The notes below the pieces were generated by a model. It worked only from the letters and a program-made list of their open reading frames with translations. It did not search any database and had not been told where the DNA came from. A stretch of 64,000 nt of DNA from contig OX597837.1 in the NCBI GenBank assembly GCA_951406725.2, forward strand, positions 43,214,001 to 43,278,000, in the 5' to 3' direction. Source of the DNA: Octopus vulgaris (Eukaryota). Each line of letters opens with the position of its first letter. Position 1 is the first letter of the stretch. Shown in pieces: positions 14,337 to 28,644 of the stretch. A program made the translations under genes and the position numbers.

Positions 14337-14351
14337 GGTTGGTGTGTTTGC

Positions 14352-14392
<41 letters not shown>

Positions 14393-14695
14393 CCTGTGTG
14401 TCTGAGTGTCTGTCTCTGAACCGGTCTGTGTCTGTGTAGATATATATATATATATATATATATATGTTTGTGTGTGTGTGCGTGTGTGTTTGGGTTGGTG
14501 TGTGTGCGTGTTTGTGTGTGCGCGTGTATGTGTATGTGTGCGCATGTATATATATATATATATGCCTGTGTGTATGTGTGTTTCTGTCTCTGTACCTGTC
14601 TCTATCTGTGTAGATATGTGTGTGTGTGTGTGTGTTTGTTTGTGTGTGTGTGTGTTTGCATGTGTGTGTGCGCTCGTGTATGTGCATGTGTACGC

Positions 14696-14738
<43 letters not shown>

Positions 14739-15276
14739 TATATATTTATATGTGTGTGTGTGTGCATATGCGTATGTTTGTGTGTCAGGGAAGGAGAAAG
14801 AGAGAGTATGATGTGTGTCTGGGTGTGTAAGTGTGTTTGTGTGTGTTTATGTATGGCAATGCTGTTCTAGTTGTGTGTGAGTGTGTGCGTATGTGCGTGT
14901 GCATATATGTGTGTGTATGTCTATGTGTATATGAGAGAATGTGGTGCGTGCCTGTGTTTAGTGTGTGTGTGTGTATCTGTGTGTGAAAGAAATACCGTGT
15001 GTGGAAGTTGTATGTTTGTGCGTGGTTGCGTGTGCGCATATGATAATGGGTTTTTTTTCTCTCCTTTGCGTGTGTACGCTGGATTTCATTATTCAAAAGA
15101 GACCTCTAAAACCAACGGTGCGACAAATGCAATAAAGACATCATGTTTTCAACACATAAGATGACAAATATAAGGTAAACACAACACATACACACGCATG
15201 CCCGTGTGCACATACACACACGCACACATCATTAAATATACAACAAGGTTACATATATATATATAATAAATATTTG

Positions 15277-15322
<46 letters not shown>

Positions 15323-15518
15323 AATATTTGTATGCATATATATATATATGCACAAATGTATGTAGGTATACATATATACATACATACACACGCATACACA
15401 CACACACACATATATATATATGATATATAATATATATATTTATATGCAGATGTATATATGTACTTATATACACATGTATATATATATATATGTAGATAAA
15501 TTCTTATATGTATGTATG

Positions 15519-15560
<42 letters not shown>

Positions 15561-16607
15561 TAAATATATACGTGTATATACATATATATGTATTCATGCA
15601 TGCATACATATTTCAGTGTATACTTGTGTGTATATGAATGTATGTGTGTGAGAATATACGTGAGGTATATTCATGTTATATGTTCGTTCTTTCACATATA
15701 CTCAGGTATGTACATACAAACATATATATCTATGTATATATATACATATATATATATACAGATGTGTGTTTGTATATACATGTATATACATATATGTATA
15801 TGTATACATATATATATGTATAAAATATATATATATGTGCATATACATATGTACACACACAGACAAACACACACATATAATACGTATATATCAATATATT
15901 CATTTATGTAAATACAGTCGCAAATACATGAATTTATGTAATACTTATATATACATACATATATATATATACATACACAAACAAACACACACGCACACAA
16001 ACGCACAACCACACATACACACACATATATATCTCTTGATGTCTACACTTTTATCTCGTAGTTGTTTCGCTCATTAGATTGCAGCAATGCTGAGGCATCG
16101 TCGTCTCGAAGACTTTTAGTCGAACATATGACCCCTGTAAGTTATATTTTCTTAAACGTGGTGCGTATTCTATTGGCCTTTGTCACAGAACCGTTACTTA
16201 CAGGGACGTAAACACACCAACACTGATTACCAAAAACGTCACAGGGACAAATGTAGACACAAAAAATGCACACACATATTCACACACACACAAAAGAACA
16301 TACAGACGCACTGACACAAAAAAGACATAACATAGGCAGACACACACGCGCGCGCGCACACCTCTCACTTCCGGTCAGTTAACTTCCACTGCTATTTCTC
16401 TACAATTTTCATTCAGCGTGAAACTAATATATTAAACGACTAGCCTTTAACACAGTGAGAACAGGGAAGACCTTTTAAAACAAAAAAAATATTAAATAGT
16501 GCAATACGGTAGAATTGCTTCCCAGCAAAGCAAAACACCGTCAAGTTTGAGTATAATTAAATAGCTGTCGATAATATATGATGCTATATTATAGCTTCAC
16601 TGTATAG

Positions 16608-16640
<33 letters not shown>

Positions 16641-16682
16641 TGTATGTATGTATGTATGTATGTATGTATGTATGTATGTATG

Positions 16683-16731
<49 letters not shown>

Positions 16732-16755
16732 GTGTGTGTGTGTGTGTGTGTATAT

Positions 16756-16955
16756 CAGTGCTTTTCAAACTTTTTGCTGGAGCGGAACCCCAAGGAAACA
16801 TTCCACTGGCTCGAGGAACACCTGTGCAATAATTTAATAGTCTTATGCACACATATCTGCACAGGAGAATTAAAAGTTACTGCCGATTTTAGCAGTTTTG
16901 TAACTTCTTGCGGAACCCCTGGACTGACCTGGCGGAACCCTGGTTGAAAACCACT

Positions 16956-16956
<1 letters not shown>
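16756..16956. mobile_element. hAT (Charlie-like) MITE
   Basis: TIRs CAGTGCTTTTCAA / TTGAAAACCACTG; 8-bp flanks gtgtatat / gtatatat (1 mismatch). Confidence 0.8.
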
Positions 16957-17053
<97 letters not shown>

Positions 17054-17299
17054 TGTATGTATGTATATATATACACACCACCGTTACTGACAGTGGTAAA
17101 TGTGGTAATGTGTTGATGCGTCCTTATATTTGTGTTTGACTATTCGGCCATATTTTAAGGGTCAAGTTTATTATTTACACAAACACACAAACTCATACAT
17201 GGAAACATATATTAACCACATGCAGATGCATATATATATGTGTGTGAGTGTGTGCGTGCGTGTGTGTATGTGTGTGTATACATTATCTTCTATCTTATA

Positions 17300-17443
17300 G
17301 GTGACTGTGTGGTAGGTAGCTTACTTACCAACCACATGGTTCCGGGTTCAGTCCTTCTGCGTGGCACCCTCGGCAAGTGCCTTCTACAACGACTTCAAGC
17401 CGATCACAGCCTTGTGGGTGGATTTGGTAGACGGAAGCCCGCC

Positions 17444-17487
<44 letters not shown>

Positions 17488-17688
17488 GTGTCTGTATATT
17501 TTTCTCTGTCTGTGTATTTCCCGCCCAACCGACGTTGGTGCCTTTACGTCCCCGTAAATTAGGTGCTCGGCAAAAGAGCTTGATAGAATAAGTGCTAGGT
17601 TTACAAAGAATAAGTCCTGGAGTCGATTTGCTCGCCTAAAGGCGGTGCTCCAGCATGGCTGCTGTGAAATGACTGAAACAACTAAAAC
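17300..17688 (+). mobile_element. SINE family A copy
   Basis: Head, core, internal (TA)n and tail ggcggtgctccagcatggc...atgactgaaacaa all present. Confidence 0.85.
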
Positions 17689-17723
17689 AATATACATTTG
17701 TGAATATACATACACACACACAC

Positions 17724-17778
<55 letters not shown>

Positions 17779-17882
17779 TACATACATACACGTACATGCC
17801 GCATCAAGTGATATTGACTTCAGAAACTGGTGAAAAAGCTATCAAACTTTAATCTAGTTGCAACATTATACATACTATTTCA

Positions 17883-17938
<56 letters not shown>

Positions 17939-18999
17939 CATATATATATAAATGCATATGTTATATATGTATGTTTGTATGTGTGTAAATAAGCGCATAT
18001 GCCTGAATGTGTATAAACATAAGTTTATGTATGTATATGCACATTCACACACATACACACATATATGTAGACAATATCTATTTTTATACATATGCTTGTA
18101 TATATATATATGTAGATATATACATGTGTATATCTACACGCGTACGCTCACATATGCATACGTATATAATATCTGCACAGAAAGAGAAATATTAACGCAA
18201 TTCTATAAGGGGAAAACTGAAACACAATAATCTATGGTCTTTGTTAAATATATAAAAAAAACATAATTACATATTTATATATTATAATAGCTTCATAAAG
18301 GGTGTTGAAACGTAAAATTACTATCACTAGAAACAGATAGCAAGCCTTAATTCACGTAAATACACTTGGCTGGTTATTTTGTGTTTAAAATTTCCTGTAA
18401 ACTCTACTAGCAGCAGACACAACTTCTCATGCGTACAAAGCAATGACATACTTTAACAAGTAGATAATTATCTCAACTACAATAGCAGTAAAACATTAGA
18501 TTTTGCTAAAAAGATTAACCAGAACTATCATGAGCACTAATGCAAAAGTAATGTAGTTTACTAGTACTAATGCCTGCTTTCCACAAATGTATCGGATTTA
18601 TAAAGTTTAATGGAGAATTTTTTCAGTGGAGTCAAGCTGATTTGTCTCCCCTGTGCGTCTTGGAGAGATTTAAGCATTGATTCAACGGCAAGTCTCTTTC
18701 TTCTGAATTCGGTTTGATTGCTTAAATGCTTGAAGTATTCTTGCTTGCCGCATCGAGGGCGTTAAGGGTTACTTTACTAGTTATTATCCATGCGGATTGT
18801 GTCCCTAGGTAATTTCCGTTTGTCATCTTATATTGCTACACCAGATTTCAATTTCCGCCCAGGTTGACTTTGCCTGTCATCCTTTCGGGGTCGATAAAAT
18901 AACTACCATTTGAGCAGTGAGGTCGATGCAATCGACTCATCCGCTTCTCCAAAACTGCTGCCCTTCTGGCAAAATTTTAAATCGTTATTATTATTACTA

Positions 19000-19223
19000 T
19001 TGGGTTGTCCGGAAAGTTCGTGCCGATTTTTAAAGGAAAGAAAAAGGTCAATAAATACTTGCCATTAGATATTTAACCAACCAAATATGAACCATTTTGT
19101 TGCACAATGCGTCTCCATCTTTCCTTTAACTTGAAAATACCCTCTTCCAGAATTGAGGTGCCTGGAAAGGAAAGTCGAAAGGTAAGCTTCTATAAATCGG
19201 CACGAACTTTCCGGACAACCCAA
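19000..19223. mobile_element. Mariner-derived MITE / internal deletion derivative
   Basis: Perfect 30-bp TIRs TTGGGTTGTCCGGAAAGTTCGTGCCGATTT with TA on both sides; the minus strand retains a transposase C-terminus IFKLKERWRRIVQQNGSYL. Confidence 0.92.
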
Positions 19224-19229
19224 TATTAA

Positions 19230-19442
19230 GGCGGTGGGCTGGCAGATTCATTAGTATGCTTAGCAATACTTCGTTCATCTTTGTGTTTTGAGTTCAAAAT
19301 CCTCTCAGGTCCGCTTTGCCTTTTACACTTCCAGGGTCGATAAAATAAATATCAGCTAAGCATTGCGGTCAATGTAATCGACTTACTGTAGTTTTTAGGA
19401 ATTGCTGACCTTTTACCAAATTTGAAACCAAAATTATTATTA
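19230..19442 (+). mobile_element. SINE family B copy
   Basis: ggcggtgggctggcagatt head, gagttcaaa B-box, gggtcgataaaataa, tail aaatttgaaacc plus (ATT)n; another copy lies at about 18790-18997. Confidence 0.75.
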
Positions 19443-21202
19443 TGGGTGAAGACTGAGTTGGTTAGCGACATTTCAATCATCTTTTACGCTCTGAGTTCAA
19501 ATTCCGCCCAGGTCGACTTTGCCTGTGGTTGTGTGTGATTATTCATGTGTGAGTGGGATTATGCATGTGTGTGTGCGTGTGTATGTGTTTAGCGTGAGAG
19601 ATAGAGAGATAGAGTGCAAGAGGCTTACAAAATAATAACAGTAATTTCTTATAACAAATCTGCCAGTTGTATTCGACTTCGTGCGGAAGTATAGGTTCGG
19701 AGTTCTCACCATATCTGAGGAAAAGGGGTTCAAATCTCTCTTCGTCGCATGTCACTTTCTAATTCGAATTAACAGAAATTTCGGTACAGACAACCCATTT
19801 CGGGTCTTTGACATTTGGAACTGTCTTCCCTGTCTATCTTAAGCAGATTTTAGCCATGATCCAATGTTTATCCTCTTCTCAATGTCATGAGAGTCTTAAT
19901 TAATTAGAATTAAAATTTCCATGCTCGAGGCATTGTGTTTGCCTTCACATTATACGAAACATCTAGACGTAGTTGAATTTGACTGGCAGGACTCGAATAA
20001 TTCTCAGTTGCCACAAAACCAATATTTGAATAGTAAATAGTGATATCTGTATTGACAGCCAACACGACGAATAGACAAACACTAATTAAGACAAGAAGCT
20101 CGTGCTCTAATTAAGACAAGAAGATACTCATTGTCACTAATTAACACAAGAGGAGACGCTCATTGATAATACTGAAATTGTACGAGAAAGCCTAGATAGC
20201 CTCCATGCAGTTACTCGATATGCTAGAAATAACAACAAAAACTACCTTTAAATCATATTTTGACCTCTTAAAATATGAAGGACACTTTGAATAATGCATC
20301 CTTGCCTTTAATGACGTTATTCTAATGATATTAAGTATTCGAAATTTCTGGACAATAAAGACACAAGTAGCTATAAGTTTCAACTGCGTCTAAATAACAG
20401 ATGCTTCAAGTCATGCTACTCTAGAATTTAATTACATTCATTATTTAAAATTATAAAACAAATATTTTTATAAGTAAAAAAATCGTGGTGGTCACGACTG
20501 GAACATGTTTAATCATAAGTTTACTTGATCCGAGTTTGCTTGATATTAGGGATTAAACACAGCAATTCAAATGCAGCGGTTGTAATAATCTGAAAAGCAA
20601 AGAGAGGATTACTGAATATGATAGTGCCTTCTGGAAACACCTCAGTGCCTTATGGGAAGGCTTAAGCAACCAATTAGAGAGGTTGACAATATGGCTACTG
20701 GTGGGGAGGAATACTATAGACTAAATATATACAGTAGGGTGTCATATAAATGATTTAATGAACTAAAAGTAACTTCGACCAGTCAAGATTATCCAAATAA
20801 TTAGAAGATACATGTACGACCTCGAGGGGTGTTTAAAATCTGTAGAATAATGAAGCAAGGGGAATAACTCGCGTAAGAACAGTTAATCGAAAATATTTAA
20901 AGAATATAGAAAATGCTGATAGAAGCTATATAAATAATAGAAGAGAGATCAACTGGTTTCCATCGATTTCGACGGAGACTATTTCAGTCTTCCGATTAAC
21001 CAATTGAATTAAGCTATATGTGGTTGATTATTCCACAGACACGTGTACATTTCAGCTAATCCTTCAACACAATAAGCATGCCAGTGTGAAAAAGATGGGC
21101 CTCAAAATTACAGTTCATCTAACAAGCTTCTTCACAGTTTCCGTCTACTCAATATCACTTAAAAATCATAGTTCGATACCTTACTAAAGAATCAATCAAT
21201 AA

Positions 21203-21275
<73 letters not shown>

Positions 21276-21355
21276 CCTACCTATCTATCCATCTCTCTCT
21301 CTCTCTCTATCTATCTATCCATCTATCTATCCATCTATCTATCTATCTATCTATA

Positions 21356-21435
<80 letters not shown>

Positions 21436-21470
21436 CATCTATCTATCCCTCTCTCTCTCTCTCTATCTAT
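21203..21470. repeat. (TATC)n tetranucleotide microsatellite
   Basis: Directly visible. Confidence 0.95.
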
Positions 21471-21549
21471 CTTACGGGCCACCGTAAGGTTACTCTGCTA
21501 ACTGATTGAACTGTAGCAGCGTAAAATGAAATTTTTTGCTGTACATATA

Positions 21550-21582
<33 letters not shown>

Positions 21583-21825
21583 ATGTGTGTGTGTACCTTA
21601 TATCTATCTATATTACATATATATATATATATAAGTATATATATATGTAAAGATACACATGCATAAATATGTATATATATATATGTTTATATGCATGTAT
21701 ATATATGTATATATATAGGTATGTATATTATATATATATATGTCTATATGTATAAATATATCTACATATATATTCATACATATGCATATATACAAGCGCA
21801 AGCATATATATGTGTGTACATATAT

Positions 21826-21907
<82 letters not shown>

Positions 21908-22095
21908 ACATATACATGTACATGGATGCAGACTCACACCAATGTATACATACATCCACACACACACATATATAGTATGCAGATATCTTAGAACACATAA
22001 ACTCAATAACATCAAAATCTGGACTACAAGAGACGATGATTGTGCCCAAGATGATGATGATGATGATGATGATGATGAGGAGGAGGATGACGGCG

Positions 22096-22126
<31 letters not shown>

Positions 22127-22607
22127 TAATGATTTATGAGCGTATTTGTATTTGAACGTATGTATATAGTAAATTCTTGCAACACGCGAACTTCGAGAAT
22201 CTAAGTGGTGCAATAATGGGATGCCGTACAATGCTTACTGTTTCTCTTTCTTTTTTCCCTTCCTTCCTTCCTTTCTTTCTGTCTTTCTTTCTTTCTTTCT
22301 TTCTAACTTTCTTTCTTACTTTCTTACTTTCTTTCTTTTTTTTACAGTATTCATAATATTCCAAGTAATTATTTCTGTAAGTCCAGCCGCACCAAATATG
22401 TCGTCGACATATATAATAGAATGGACATACATACATTTATATATACATATATATGTATATATATACACACATATATATACATATATGTATATATATATAT
22501 ATATGCTTATATGTATATATATATTTATATATATATATATATATATTTCCACACATATACACGCACAGACGTACTCACGCATATATGTATACATATATTG
22601 ATATATA

Positions 22608-22713
<106 letters not shown>

Positions 22714-22904
22714 CATATATATGTATGTATATATATATATATAGGTATATATATTTTCCCACACATACACGCACAGAAACGGTCACACACACGCACACAC
22801 ACGCACGCATACACACACATATTCACGATGCAAATACACTGGGTCACGCCAAACCATTGACAAAAATGTCCGGATATGAAATTAGTTTCCAATTTGAATC
22901 TCAC

Positions 22905-23065
22905 CGCAGTATTTCCATCAGCTCAGAGATCTGCCTAAGTCCACCTCCTCTTCGTTGATTGAATTGAAAGTAATCTTGTCTGACCACCGCGCCAAACCTC
23001 CACACCGGTTGAAACAACAGTCTCTCTTTATGCAACGGCGTACTCAATATACAATTACAAGTGAC
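22905..23065 (-). other. Candidate isolated exon (unknown transcript)
   Basis: Non-repetitive, GC-richer 161-nt island bounded on the minus strand by tttctatttgaaAG| and |GTGAGA; one open frame, no recognisable domain. Confidence 0.3.
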
Positions 23066-23218
23066 CTTTCAAATAGAAACAACAACAACAACAATAACAA
23101 CAATAACAAGTAAATTTCTTTTCTCTAATAAAATTTGCGAATTTCACTTAGTGTGTACGTCGGACGGAAATTTCTCATTTGGTGTTCCATTCGGACATAG
23201 AGTGAACGGAATAATAGC

Positions 23219-23281
<63 letters not shown>

Positions 23282-23308
23282 AATGATAATAATAATAATA
23301 ATAATAAC

Positions 23309-23339
<31 letters not shown>

Positions 23340-23340
23340 C

Positions 23341-23456
<116 letters not shown>

Positions 23457-23986
23457 TTTGTAATGGAAATGAAAGAAGAAAGCCGGGTCCGGACACGACA
23501 GAATTAGATTTGTTGTAGATTTATATTGCGTCTGATATTCGTAACATTTAACAAACTCTGGTAAAATCTAATCGATTATTTTGTTTGATATTTTACAAAT
23601 TTACAATGTCAAAATACGATGTACACTCACACACACGCGCACACACGTACGCACACGCACACACACGCACACACACGCACGCAGAATGAACTAAAAGAAA
23701 ACAAAAACAAACAATGCTTTTAATTCTTACGTTTCAGCTCATTGTCCAAATCGATAAAAAGGAAATTCAGTTCTTACGCAAAATCTTCCTCAGTTCAAAG
23801 TTTTGTTCAAGATTTTACACAGGCGGGAGAGTGAAATGAACTCAAGAATTTGCTGGGAGATGGGCCGTATACCTTAAGAAGAGCTACCCAACACTGAATT
23901 CCCCAGGTCGCTTCAACTACCAGCATGGGTAAATCCTTGAACAAAGCTGCGTAGGAACATCTAACTTGAATGAATATGGACTAGTA

Positions 23987-24312
23987 GGAGCACTCCGTCG
24001 ATTGCGACGACGAGGGTCCCAGCTGATACGATCAACGGAACAGCTTGCTCGTGAAATTAACGTACAAGTGCCTGAGGACTCCACAGACACGTGTACCCCT
24101 AACGTAGTTCTCAGGGAGATTCAGCGTGGCACAGTGTGTGACAAGCCTGGCCCTTTGAAATACAGGTACTACTCATTTTTGCCAGCTAAGTGGACTGGAG
24201 CAACGTGAAATAAAGTGTCTTGCTCAAGGACACAACGCGCCGCCGGGAATTGAACTCACAACCTTACGATCATGAGTCGAATGCCTCTAACCACTAAGCT
24301 ACGCGCCTTCAC
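23987..24312 (-). mobile_element. tRNA-derived CORE-like SINE family C
   Basis: The minus strand reads tagcttagtggttagag (A box), gagttcaattccc (B box) and tgtgtccttgagcaagacacttta core; related heads at about 30240-30372(-), 34878-35010(+) and 59100-59240(-). Confidence 0.8.
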
Positions 24313-24666
24313 GTAAACTAAATGCATATAAAGGTTATATAAAGTTTATATATATACGTTACGACACTTATGGAGGAGAAACACCTGTCAGGTAAGAATC
24401 TAAGGTAAATTTGATAAGAACAATGGTGTAATAAATATGCTTTGAAGGTGTATGATTCTCCGTTCTTCATTATGATGTCTTGATTGTATACTGTATACCG
24501 TGCGTAAAATCCTATGAAGCGAACTCGGGATTTACCTGTTGATTGAAGCATAGTGTAATTGTATATATTCCCTGTCATTCGATGTGGTCAGCCCAGAACC
24601 TGAATTATACAAGAGAGCTAATAAGGTACATTCCCGGATTCGAAAATCTTATTTCTTTACATTATG

Positions 24667-24708
<42 letters not shown>

Positions 24709-24779
24709 ATGATAATAGTAGGTAATATAATTCCAAACATACAGGGAAAAATTTAACGTACCAATTCTAAATCAAATTT

Positions 24780-24839
<60 letters not shown>

Positions 24840-25091
24840 TAAGAGAAATAAGCTCTATTAAGTAATTCAATAGTGAAAGATATTATCTATATTATATATA
24901 AAAAATTTAAATATACTATAATAAATATTATTTAAAAAATCACTAAATTAAACGCACGTAGTGAATTTAATGTTTATTTAATTTAGTGATTTCTTAAAAT
25001 AATATTTATCATAGTATATTTAAATTTTTTTCTATATGGTGTAGATAATGTCATTCACTATTGAATTATTTAATAGAGGTGATTTCTCTTA
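24840..25091. repeat. Long inverted repeat, ~113-bp arms, ~24-nt spacer
   Basis: taagagaaat...aaatcactaaattaaa is the reverse complement of tttaatttagtgattt...atttctctta with scattered mismatches; flanked by (TA)n and (TACA)n. Confidence 0.9.
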
Positions 25092-25092
25092 A

Positions 25093-25177
<85 letters not shown>

Positions 25178-25279
25178 CATACATACATAGCATAGGCATT
25201 CTCGGACAGACCCATGATTGATTAGCTGGCCGAAACTTCGAACTCACCGTGAACGCCATTTTTGTTGAAATATATATAT

Positions 25280-25333
<54 letters not shown>

Positions 25334-25354
25334 CTCACACACATACATATGTGT

Positions 25355-25790
25355 ACCGGTCCAACAACTGGGGGAACCGTTGTTTAAGTCAAAGTATTCA
25401 ATACTCTAAATGAAGTTAAATTAATCGGTTATTTGGCTAATGAATAACTATATCGATGGCTCAATCCTTCACCTCGTTTCAGATCATGAACCTCCTTAAG
25501 GGGACCGTTAAATTATTATCTACCCTGTTGGAAAGATTTGAACGATGTCTCCCATATAATTATAACATCTCTTTTCTTCATCGGTCTTGGAACCTCTCCA
25601 AATTGCCATGGGCTCAACCCTTCTTTTCAACTCACTGAAACAGAAGACTTCGAGGATTTTAATCAGAAGTTTATGAAAATATTCAAGAAAACTTAGAACT
25701 CTATAGGTAAAAGAATGATGTAGGTTCTTCCACTGAGATCGATCAAGAGTCTTCAAGGAACAAAACTTGATCATATTACACGTTCACCTG
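25355..25790 (-). mobile_element. Possible Tc1/mariner remnant
   Basis: Frameshifted minus-strand peptides EGLSP / MAIWRG / FKSFQQGR resemble a mariner N-terminal HTH region; no clear TIR pair. Confidence 0.35.
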
Positions 25791-25798
25791 TGTGTGTA

Positions 25799-25932
<134 letters not shown>

Positions 25933-25962
25933 TGTATGTATGTATGTATGTATGTATGTATG

Positions 25963-26001
<39 letters not shown>

Positions 26002-26221
26002 ATATCTATATATATATATATATATATATATGTTGGTGGGTTTTTATTCTTTTGCCATCCCTCAGTTACTGTCAGTATAATCGATATTTTCTTATTTCAT
26101 TCGATCATCATATATTTCTTGTGCATTTCACTTTCAACTGCATTCAGCCTCGCTCTCACCCTCCCCTCTGGCTCCCTCCTACTCTCTGTTTTTCCATCTC
26201 TCTACGCCCCCCATGTATACC

Positions 26222-26287
<66 letters not shown>

Positions 26288-27452
26288 CACACACACACAA
26301 AAACACACACAAAAACTCACACTAACACACACACATACACACACGCATATATTGAGCGCATGTCGCTGCATACAATCAGGGCAAAAATGTATTCAATACG
26401 TGGCGTAGAGTAGTAAAATTTTCCGATTTAATGGAGGCTTTTGGCATCTCAGAATACCTGCCTGATGGAACGTACGTGTGTATGTACGCTTGAATATTCG
26501 CACATATGTCTGTATGTTTGTATATTTACACACACACACACACAGACACACACATACATATATATAAATGCATGTATATATATATATATATATATATAAT
26601 TATATGTATACAGAAAGAGAGAGACAGACAGAGACAGACAGATGCACAGACATACAGACAGGGACGGGGAGGAGCAAGGGAGAATTGCAGAAGAGAATAA
26701 TGAATCAGACATATCCGTAAAAATATGTATATTTATGTATAAAGTATAAAATGCGTACGTATAAATCTATATATACACTCACATATGGATGAATATTTAC
26801 AGCAGTTAACACATGCGTACACACTAACATCAACAAAAAATCTAATTAAAATAAAACGAAAGCTCAACAGAATATCTATTTCTAGTAAGTTGTATGGGTA
26901 AATAAATATATTTAAAGAATTCTACACAGGAGACTAGTTTAAACATTAGTATTTTTTATTGTCTGCCATAAACCAAAATGGAGAATTTAAAATCAAAACT
27001 AAGTTAACCTCAGCGAGAATTTTATACGTAGCATGTTCACTTGAATTAATCCCAGAGCATATAGAAAAGTTTAATTGCGACAAGTAGTTCTCTAGAGTTT
27101 CTCGAATTACCAATTATACTAAAACATAGAATATATTAACGTAATATGTTACCGAACCATTATGGCATAAACTTTTAACTATTGAGGAATTTTAAATTAT
27201 TTTTCCATCGATAGATTGTGATATCTTAGGAATACCAAAGTGGAAAGAAGTGACTGTGGAAATTTCTTATATGGTTGACGGTTTTGTTAGAAATAGCAGC
27301 ATGGTTGTGTGGTACGAATTTGATTTCGAACTACATCGTTCTGCGTTCAATCTAGCTGCGTGGCAGTTTGGGCAAAATCCATCTTTTACCATAGCCTCGA
27401 GCCGACCAAAGCTTCTAACCTGAGTTCTCATTCCTAAGGTAGTTTTCTATGA

Positions 27453-27486
<34 letters not shown>

Positions 27487-28644
27487 CTTCTTCTTCTTCT
27501 TCTTCTTCTTCTTCTTCTTCTTCTTCTTCTTCTTCTTCTTCTTCTTCTTCTTCTTGTTGTTGTTGTTGTTCTTCTTCTTCTTCTCCTCCGTCAATGACGA
27601 CACGGAATGTCAATAGCAACAACTACAAAAACCAAGAACGATAACACGGACAACATTAACAACAGCAACTGCAGTAGCCGTAACACCAACATCAACAACA
27701 ACAAAAACAATTCCTGTTCGTGCAACGTCTTATTTATCCAAAATTTGTCAGAATATTTCCACCATACTTCTTCAATAAAACTAAGCAATATTTTTAATTA
27801 TTTGGCAGCCATTTTGTTTCCCTATGTCACTCCAATTTACTTCATTAAACAAAATCTTTCTAAAATTATTTTAGCCACCATTTTCTTTTCAACGTGTAAC
27901 TCTCGGTGTCTTTGTAGTTTCCCCATTAACAAGCATTGTTAATTGTTTAGCGGTTTGCACTAGTTAGCCATCATCCAGTTTCGTTACATTGCTACTACAG
28001 TATGGCATTTCAAATATGTGGTGGCGGTGGTGCTTGCGGAGGTGGTGATGGTGTTTGCGGTAGTGCTGGTGGTGGTGGTGGTGTTTGCGGTGGTGTTTTG
28101 CGGTAGCGGCTTGCGTTGGTGGTGGTGTTTTCGGTGGCGGAGGTGTTTGCGGTGGTGGTGGTGATGGTTTTTGCCATGGTGGTGGTGTTTTGGGTGGTGG
28201 TGTTTGCCTATGATAGTACTGGCTGTGGTGTTAGTAGTGGTGAGACAAGTTACTGTATGAATGGGAAATCTTGAATTTAATGAGAAACTTTCATATATCT
28301 ATGTGTGTGTGTATGTATGTATGTGTGTGTGAGTGTGTGTGTGGTTTTGTGCCTGTGTTTGGCCCGCCTTCAGCCAGAACCTTCACCACCACTGTCACCA
28401 ACACCATCGCTGATTCAACCACCGCCACCATCATCACCACCACTTTCACCACCACCATCACCACCACCATCCTCACCACCATTACCACCACCATCACCAA
28501 CATGTAGTACTACAACTACCACTACGACGACCTCAAAAACAATCACCACTACAACCACTACCACTAACATCAACACTAGCACCAGCACCACTACCACCAC
28601 CACCACTACCACCACCAACACTTCTACCACCAATAACACCATCA

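Noticed and set aside
19543-19755. ORF MTCDEERFEPLFLRYGENSEPILPHEVEYNW
   Set aside because: In-frame stop just upstream, non-ATG start, runs into a microsatellite; unrecognised.
20081-20165. CRISPR-like repeat-spacer pattern
   Set aside because: Eukaryotic context, only three 17-nt repeats with ~10-13 nt related spacers, and no cas genes.
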